DNA from: an uncultured Nitrososphaerota archaeon | GTDB taxonomy: Archaea; Thermoproteota; Nitrososphaeria; Nitrososphaerales; Gagatemarchaeaceae | Reading direction: 5' to 3' | Assembly (NCBI GenBank): GCA_963718895.1 | Contig: CAVRAG010000007.1 | Location: forward strand, 672,001-736,000 | DNA: 64,000 bases | In this document: positions 59,100-64,000 of the stretch, in pieces | Numbering within the stretch: position 1 is the stretch's first letter | How the letters are laid out: each line of letters opens with the position of its first letter | Notes under the pieces: model-generated | What the model saw: the letters and a program-made list of their open reading frames with translations, nothing else | Told to the model about the DNA's origin: nothing | The model's database searches: none | Made by a program: the position numbers and the translations under genes

Positions 59100-59978
59100 A
59101 TGGTCGAACTAGTCGCTCTGCTGAACGTAACCCTGAGCGGCTTGTTCGTAGGTTCGGTTTATTCTCTGATCAGCATGGGCCTCACCCTCATCTGGGGGAC
59201 TTTGCGTGTTGTCAACTTCGCCCACGGCGCTCTGATGGCGTTCGCCATGTACGCGGCCTTTTGGTGTTGGTCGATTCTCGGTCTTGACCCCCTCGTGTCC
59301 ATCTTTCTCATCTTCCCTCTCATGTTCGCGATAGGCGTGGCAATAGAAGGGTCGTTGATCGCTCCAATCCTCAAAGCGGACGTAATGGCACAGCTCTTAC
59401 TCACCTTCGGTCTCATGCTGGTGATAACGAACGCCATGGCCTACTTCTGGTCCACGAACGAACGACTGATCATTCCCTGGTATGCATACAGGCTGTTCGA
59501 GTATTCAGGAGTCCTAATCGACGCACCCAGGGCGATAACGTTCGTCGCATCGGTCTCCTTCGCTGCCGGGCTCTACGTGTTCATGACGCGCACATCATGG
59601 GGATGGGCGATCAGGGCGACCGCGTTGGATAGGGAGGCGGCCGAGGCCTCCGGCATAAACGTCGCGACCATGTTCGCGATCGTCTTCGGACTCGGCACAG
59701 CGATGGCGGGTCTTGCGGGAGTCCTGGTCTCTACCTACTACCCTGTCACCCCGGACGCCGGGTCCAGCTTCCTGTACCTGGCCTTCGTTGCCGTCATCCT
59801 CGGCAGCCTCGGGAATTACATTGGAGCTTTGGTCGGCGGTTTGCTGTTGGGCGTTGTGGAAGCCCTGACCGCGTTTCTTTGGCTGGCCCAGCTCAGCCAA
59901 GCGGTGGCGTTTGCTCTGTTCATCATTATCCTGGTGTTCAGGCCTCAAGGACTCTTCGCAAAATCGCTGAGGTCCTAG
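59100..59978 (+). CDS. livH: BCAA ABC permease (LivH-like)
   Basis: GLTLIWG..VVNFAHG and GWAIRA motifs. Confidence 0.93.
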   Translation: MVELVALLNVTLSGLFVGSVYSLISMGLTLIWGTLRVVNFAHGALMAFAMYAAFWCWSILGLDPLVSIFLIFPLMFAIGVAIEGSLIAPILKADVMAQLLLTFGLMLVITNAMAYFWSTNERLIIPWYAYRLFEYSGVLIDAPRAITFVASVSFAAGLYVFMTRTSWGWAIRATALDREAAEASGINVATMFAIVFGLGTAMAGLAGVLVSTYYPVTPDAGSSFLYLAFVAVILGSLGNYIGALVGGLLLGVVEALTAFLWLAQLSQAVAFALFIIILVFRPQGLFAKSLRS

Positions 59979-59982
59979 ATTC

Positions 59983-60963
59983 GTGTACTCCGAGCGGACA
60001 CCCAGAAACCTGCTGAGATTGGTGGTGGCATTCGTGGTCGCAGCCGCCGTGCTGCCTGTGATCAACCCGCCTCTAGTCGTGATTGAGGTCCTCTTCGATG
60101 TCTTCCTTATAGCGATTCTGGCGACGTCTTGGAATCTGCTCGCAGGTTTTGCCGGACAGTTCAACTTTGGTCAGGCGGCGTACTTTGGAATCGGAGCGTA
60201 CTCGGCCGGTATTCTCTTCGAGTACTACGGGATTTCGCCGTGGGCCGCGATGGTAGTAGGGCCACTGCTGGCGGCGGGTCTATCCTGGGGAATTGGCTAT
60301 CCCCTGTTCAGGATGCGCGCGGACTACTACGCCCTGGCGACGCTCGCCCTCGCGGAGGTCCTCATGATAACCTTCTCCTCATGGAACTATGTGGGCGCGG
60401 CCTTCGGGCTCCAGTACCGGCCGGTACACTATTCGTGGATCTACTTCCAGTTCGACACGACCGTGATCCCCTACTACTACATCGGGCTCGCCCTTCTGGT
60501 AGGTGCACTCTTCCTCGCGAGAGCGGTCAGGACGTCCCATTTCGGGTTGAGACTCCTGGCTATACGAGACGACGAGGAGGCGGCCAAGTCTCTCGGAATA
60601 AACACTCTGCTGGAGAAGCAGAAGATTGCTGCGCTGAGCGCCGGTCTGGCCGCGGTTGGAGGCGTGCTGTACGCACAGTACACGCTCTATCTTAGTCCCA
60701 CCGCGACCATGTCCATAACTCAGACGGCCCAGATGATACTCCCGGCGGTGCTAGGTGGCATGGGGAGCATCTACGGCCCTCTCATCGGCGCGGCCGTCAC
60801 CGGGCCGATCTTCTGGTACTTCACGTTCTCCATAGGCAGCACCGTAGAGCTGTTGGCGAGGGGCGCGGCCCTCGTCGTAATCGTGCTGTTCATTCCGCGC
60901 GGGATTGTCCAAACGCTCATCGACAAGTTCGCTCGAGGGCCAAGGAAGGACGCGCGGAAATGA
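59983..60963 (+). CDS. livM: BCAA ABC permease (LivM-like)
   Basis: WNLLAGFAGQFNFGQAA, AIRDDEEAA and LGGMGS motifs. Confidence 0.93.
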   Translation: MYSERTPRNLLRLVVAFVVAAAVLPVINPPLVVIEVLFDVFLIAILATSWNLLAGFAGQFNFGQAAYFGIGAYSAGILFEYYGISPWAAMVVGPLLAAGLSWGIGYPLFRMRADYYALATLALAEVLMITFSSWNYVGAAFGLQYRPVHYSWIYFQFDTTVIPYYYIGLALLVGALFLARAVRTSHFGLRLLAIRDDEEAAKSLGINTLLEKQKIAALSAGLAAVGGVLYAQYTLYLSPTATMSITQTAQMILPAVLGGMGSIYGPLIGAAVTGPIFWYFTFSIGSTVELLARGAALVVIVLFIPRGIVQTLIDKFARGPRKDARK

Positions 60964-61676
60964 CACTCCTTCTCGTCAAGGGAATCTCGAAAGCATATGG
61001 GGGAGTCGTAGCCGTGGACGACGTGTCACTCCAGGTAGAGGAGGGGGAGATAGTTGCGTTGATTGGACCTAACGGATCAGGCAAGACCACCCTGGTCGAC
61101 ATGATTACGGGGTTCCTTTCAACGGACCGGGGGAGCGTGGTCTTCGACGGCAGGGAGATCGCAAAAATGCCGCCCGATAGGATTGCGAGGATTGGGCTCG
61201 TGAGAACCTTTCAGGTCTGCAGGCTTTTCGGTAGGATGACTGTCATCGAGAACCTGCAATCTGTGCCAGTGACGAAGGAGAGGTCGCCTGAGAGAGTGGA
61301 CCGCATCGAGGAGACGCTCGAGACGGTGCGCCTGAACCACCTTCGTGACGAGTACGCCGCCAACCTGTCAGGAGGACAGAAGAAGCTGCTCGAATTCGCC
61401 CGAATCCTCCAGCTCAATCCGAAACTGATTGTGATGGACGAGCCTTTCGCCGGGATGGACCCGTCCGTGATCGAAGACCTAGTGAAGCTCATCCAAGAGT
61501 TGCGAAACACGGGGATGTCCTTTCTCATAGTCGAGCACAACCTGGCAATAATCTCCAGACTCTGCAGACGAGCCATAGTGCTCGACGAAGGCGAGAAGAT
61601 CGCAGACGCGGACTACTCGACCGTGGTGAACGACCCACGAGTTGTGCAAGCCTACTTGGGAGCAAAGCGGAAATGA
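60960..61676 (+). CDS. livG: BCAA ABC ATPase (LivG-like)
   Basis: GPNGSGKT, RTFQ, DEP and VVQAYLG motifs. Confidence 0.93.
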   Translation: MTLLLVKGISKAYGGVVAVDDVSLQVEEGEIVALIGPNGSGKTTLVDMITGFLSTDRGSVVFDGREIAKMPPDRIARIGLVRTFQVCRLFGRMTVIENLQSVPVTKERSPERVDRIEETLETVRLNHLRDEYAANLSGGQKKLLEFARILQLNPKLIVMDEPFAGMDPSVIEDLVKLIQELRNTGMSFLIVEHNLAIISRLCRRAIVLDEGEKIADADYSTVVNDPRVVQAYLGAKRK

Positions 61677-62389
61677 GCCTGCAGGTCACCGACCTGGTGG
61701 CGGGATACGGCAAAGTCGAGATCGTCCACGGTGTGAATCTGACGGCGAAGGCCTCGAGCGTCACTGGAATAATAGGTCCCAATGGGTCGGGCAAATCGAC
61801 CATCTTGAAGACAATCGCCGGATACATCAAGCCCTGGAGAGGAGAAGTGCTATACGAGGGGCAGGACATCGGCGGCAGGAAGCCCCACACTCTGCTCAAG
61901 AGCGGTCTGGCGTACCTGATGCAACGAAGGAGCGCCTTTGCGGACCTGACGGTAGAACAGAACCTGAAGCTGGGAGAATGGATAATGCCACGGGAGAGGA
62001 CGAAGCTGAAATCAGCAATAGAGGACATGTACAACCTCTTCCCGAAGCTGCGGGAGCGCAGGAACACCCGTGCGGGCTCCCTGAGCGGAGGGGAGCAACG
62101 AATGGTCGAGCTCGCAAGGGCTCTCATCACCAGACCCAAGGTCCTTCTGATTGACGAGTTCTCGACCGGGCTGTCGCCGAAGGTCTACACAGAGCTCTAC
62201 GACAAGCTCCAAACCATCAGCAAAGATGAGCACATTACGATACTCGCCGTGGACCAGAACGTGGTGGAGATCGCGGAGGTGGCAGATTACATTTACGTCA
62301 TCAAGCTCGGCAACGTCGATACCGAGGGGCCTATTGACGACTTTCGGAGCAGGCTCGACGCCGTGGTGCAGAGCTGGCTCAAGGCCTAG
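61673..62389 (+). CDS. livF: BCAA ABC ATPase (LivF-like)
   Basis: GPNGSGKS, FPKLRER and LSGGEQ motifs. Confidence 0.93.
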   Translation: MSLQVTDLVAGYGKVEIVHGVNLTAKASSVTGIIGPNGSGKSTILKTIAGYIKPWRGEVLYEGQDIGGRKPHTLLKSGLAYLMQRRSAFADLTVEQNLKLGEWIMPRERTKLKSAIEDMYNLFPKLRERRNTRAGSLSGGEQRMVELARALITRPKVLLIDEFSTGLSPKVYTELYDKLQTISKDEHITILAVDQNVVEIAEVADYIYVIKLGNVDTEGPIDDFRSRLDAVVQSWLKA

Positions 62390-62563
62390 GTCGGATGCAT
62401 GCGAGCCTGGCTCCGGCTGCGAGGCGCCCTTCAGATTGCTCTCGGGCTTCAGTCCCATCGTTCGAGCGTCATCGGCGTTGGGATAGCCGCTTGGTCGGAA
62501 TTGGTGCGATAGGTTAGGAGTAGGAAGGCACTTTTTTAAACCGCCCCGCACACTCGCCACTTC

Positions 62564-63577
62564 ATGTCTCTCAAGTTCGGACTCGCGACTCCAAACGCCG
62601 CCGAAGGCATCATATTTGACGTGGGGTTCGTGGACCACAGGACCACGGTCGGCCTCTCGGTGGAGGCGGAGGCTCTCGGCTTCGATTCGGTGTGGACCAA
62701 CGACCACATCACGACGCAGAAGTACTTGAGGGAGTTCGTTAAGAGTCCGCCCAACCACTTCGACCCGCTTGTCACTCAGGCGTTCATCGCAGAGGCGACC
62801 AAGAAGATCAGGCTAGGCACAGCTGTGGTGGTGCTCCCCTATAGGAATCCGGTGATACTCGCGAAGCAGGTGGCCACTCTGGACAGGCTGTCCCGAGGGC
62901 GGCTGATTCTCGGGCTAGGCACCGGCGCATACAGGGAGGAGTTCGAGGCGATAAATCCGACGCTCAGGTACGAGGAGAGAGGGGATCTCATGGACGAGAG
63001 CGTCAGGGCCCTGAGGCTCCTTCTAACGAAAGCGAAGGCCAGTTTCAATGGGAAGTACGTCAAGTTTTCAGACGTGGAGATGTTCCCCAAGCCGAAGCAA
63101 CAGATCCTCCCGCTATGGATGGGAGGAAACTCCCCCCGCGTCATGAGGAGGGCCGGAGAGATGGGTGATGGCTGGCTGCCCGCCTGTCTGACGCCTAATG
63201 CGGTTCGGGAGGGTGCCTCCAAGATAAGAGGATACGCCCGGAAAGCGGGGAGGCTAGCCTCGCGCGTCGAGATCGCACCACAGTATCTCGTGCTTCTTGG
63301 CAAGACCCGAGAAGATGCTTCGAGGAAGTTCAGGAGAAGTCTTTCGTACAAGCACCTGGTCTCGCTTCAGAAGACCACCATGAAGGGGCAGTTGGCAGAA
63401 TCCTATGAAGCATCGAACCTCATCGGCACCCCCACCCAGGTCATCGAGCAAATAGATGCGCTGCAGAAGGCGGGTGTTTCCTACTTCTCGGCACTAGTCT
63501 TCATGTGCGAAGGCTACGGGGACTTCCTCCGACAGGCCAAGGTCTTCGCGAAAGAAGTCATACCGTCCTTCAGGTGA
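62564..63577 (+). CDS. LLM class (probably F420-dependent) oxidoreductase
   Basis: AEALGFDSVWTNDH, LAKQVATLDRLSRGR and GDGWLP motifs. Confidence 0.92.
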   Translation: MSLKFGLATPNAAEGIIFDVGFVDHRTTVGLSVEAEALGFDSVWTNDHITTQKYLREFVKSPPNHFDPLVTQAFIAEATKKIRLGTAVVVLPYRNPVILAKQVATLDRLSRGRLILGLGTGAYREEFEAINPTLRYEERGDLMDESVRALRLLLTKAKASFNGKYVKFSDVEMFPKPKQQILPLWMGGNSPRVMRRAGEMGDGWLPACLTPNAVREGASKIRGYARKAGRLASRVEIAPQYLVLLGKTREDASRKFRRSLSYKHLVSLQKTTMKGQLAESYEASNLIGTPTQVIEQIDALQKAGVSYFSALVFMCEGYGDFLRQAKVFAKEVIPSFR

Positions 63578-63594
63578 AGAGAACGGAGAGCCGT

Positions 63595-64000
63595 CTATCT
63601 CCGTCGAGGTAGGCTCCGCACGAGCAAATCGACCTCTGCGTCCGTGTTGTAGAAGTCTGGCGATGCCCTGATCCCTCTTCCTCCCGTTTGAAGCGCACCG
63701 GAGACGATTATCTTCTTGCTCTTCAGCGAAGCGATTGCTTCGACCGGATCTTGTATGGCGAAGGACACTATCGCGGCATGCTTGCTCTTTTCACGAGGCG
63801 TCAACAGCTTGAAGCCAACCTCCGTTAGTCTTCTCTGGAGGCGTTCGGAAAGCTCCATGTTTCGCTCCTCGATCTTCGAGAGGCCAACGTCGAGGAGGTA
63901 CTGGGTCGATGCGGCTAGGCCTATGATTCCCGGGAAATTGAGATGGCCCGTCGCGAACCGCCGGCCGTCCGTTGTGATCTCGTACTTCTCGGTGTAGGGT
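63595..64000 (-). CDS. Class V PLP aminotransferase/cysteine desulfurase-like protein, C-terminal part
   Basis: RRFATGHLN, IVSF and IRASPDFYNT motifs; the 5' end lies outside the window. Confidence 0.85.
   Translation of the reverse strand, partial: PYTEKYEITTDGRRFATGHLNFPGIIGLAASTQYLLDVGLSKIEERNMELSERLQRRLTEVGFKLLTPREKSKHAAIVSFAIQDPVEAIASLKSKKIIVSGALQTGGRGIRASPDFYNTDAEVDLLVRSLPRRR

Overview
GC-rich archaeal chromosomal DNA. The TATA-binding protein (47463-48020) resembles those of Nitrososphaerota/Thaumarchaeota, and many genes have a TATA-like box about 25-30 nt before the start codon. The heterotrophic gene content suggests a basal, non-ammonia-oxidising lineage (inference). The window holds sugar-acid catabolism genes, a metY-metX-metW operon, dhaKL, an XPF nuclease, an XPB-like helicase, an orphan ParB, three ABC systems including a liv-type operon, and a cluster of secreted proteins at 24-33 kb. 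I found no tRNA, rRNA, CRISPR array or transposase. Several genes are split by single-base indels, probably long-read errors, and these hide real genes from the ORF track. The best candidates for novelty are: (1) a frameshift-hidden SelO-like kinase-fold gene paired with a GNAT acetyltransferase in a four-gene cluster (52.3-57 kb); (2) an intact orphan mini-gene stitched from contractile injection system (eCIS) DUF6519 and baseplate motifs (7 kb); (3) two winged-helix/membrane regulatory modules sharing a TTTCAAGA motif upstream of secreted-protein genes (25 kb and 42 kb); (4) a duplicated Cys-motif glycoside-hydrolase-like gene; (5) a palindromic double TATA box upstream of tbp. Several intergenic gaps are decayed gene relics. 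All family calls come from recognising motifs by eye, not from database searches.
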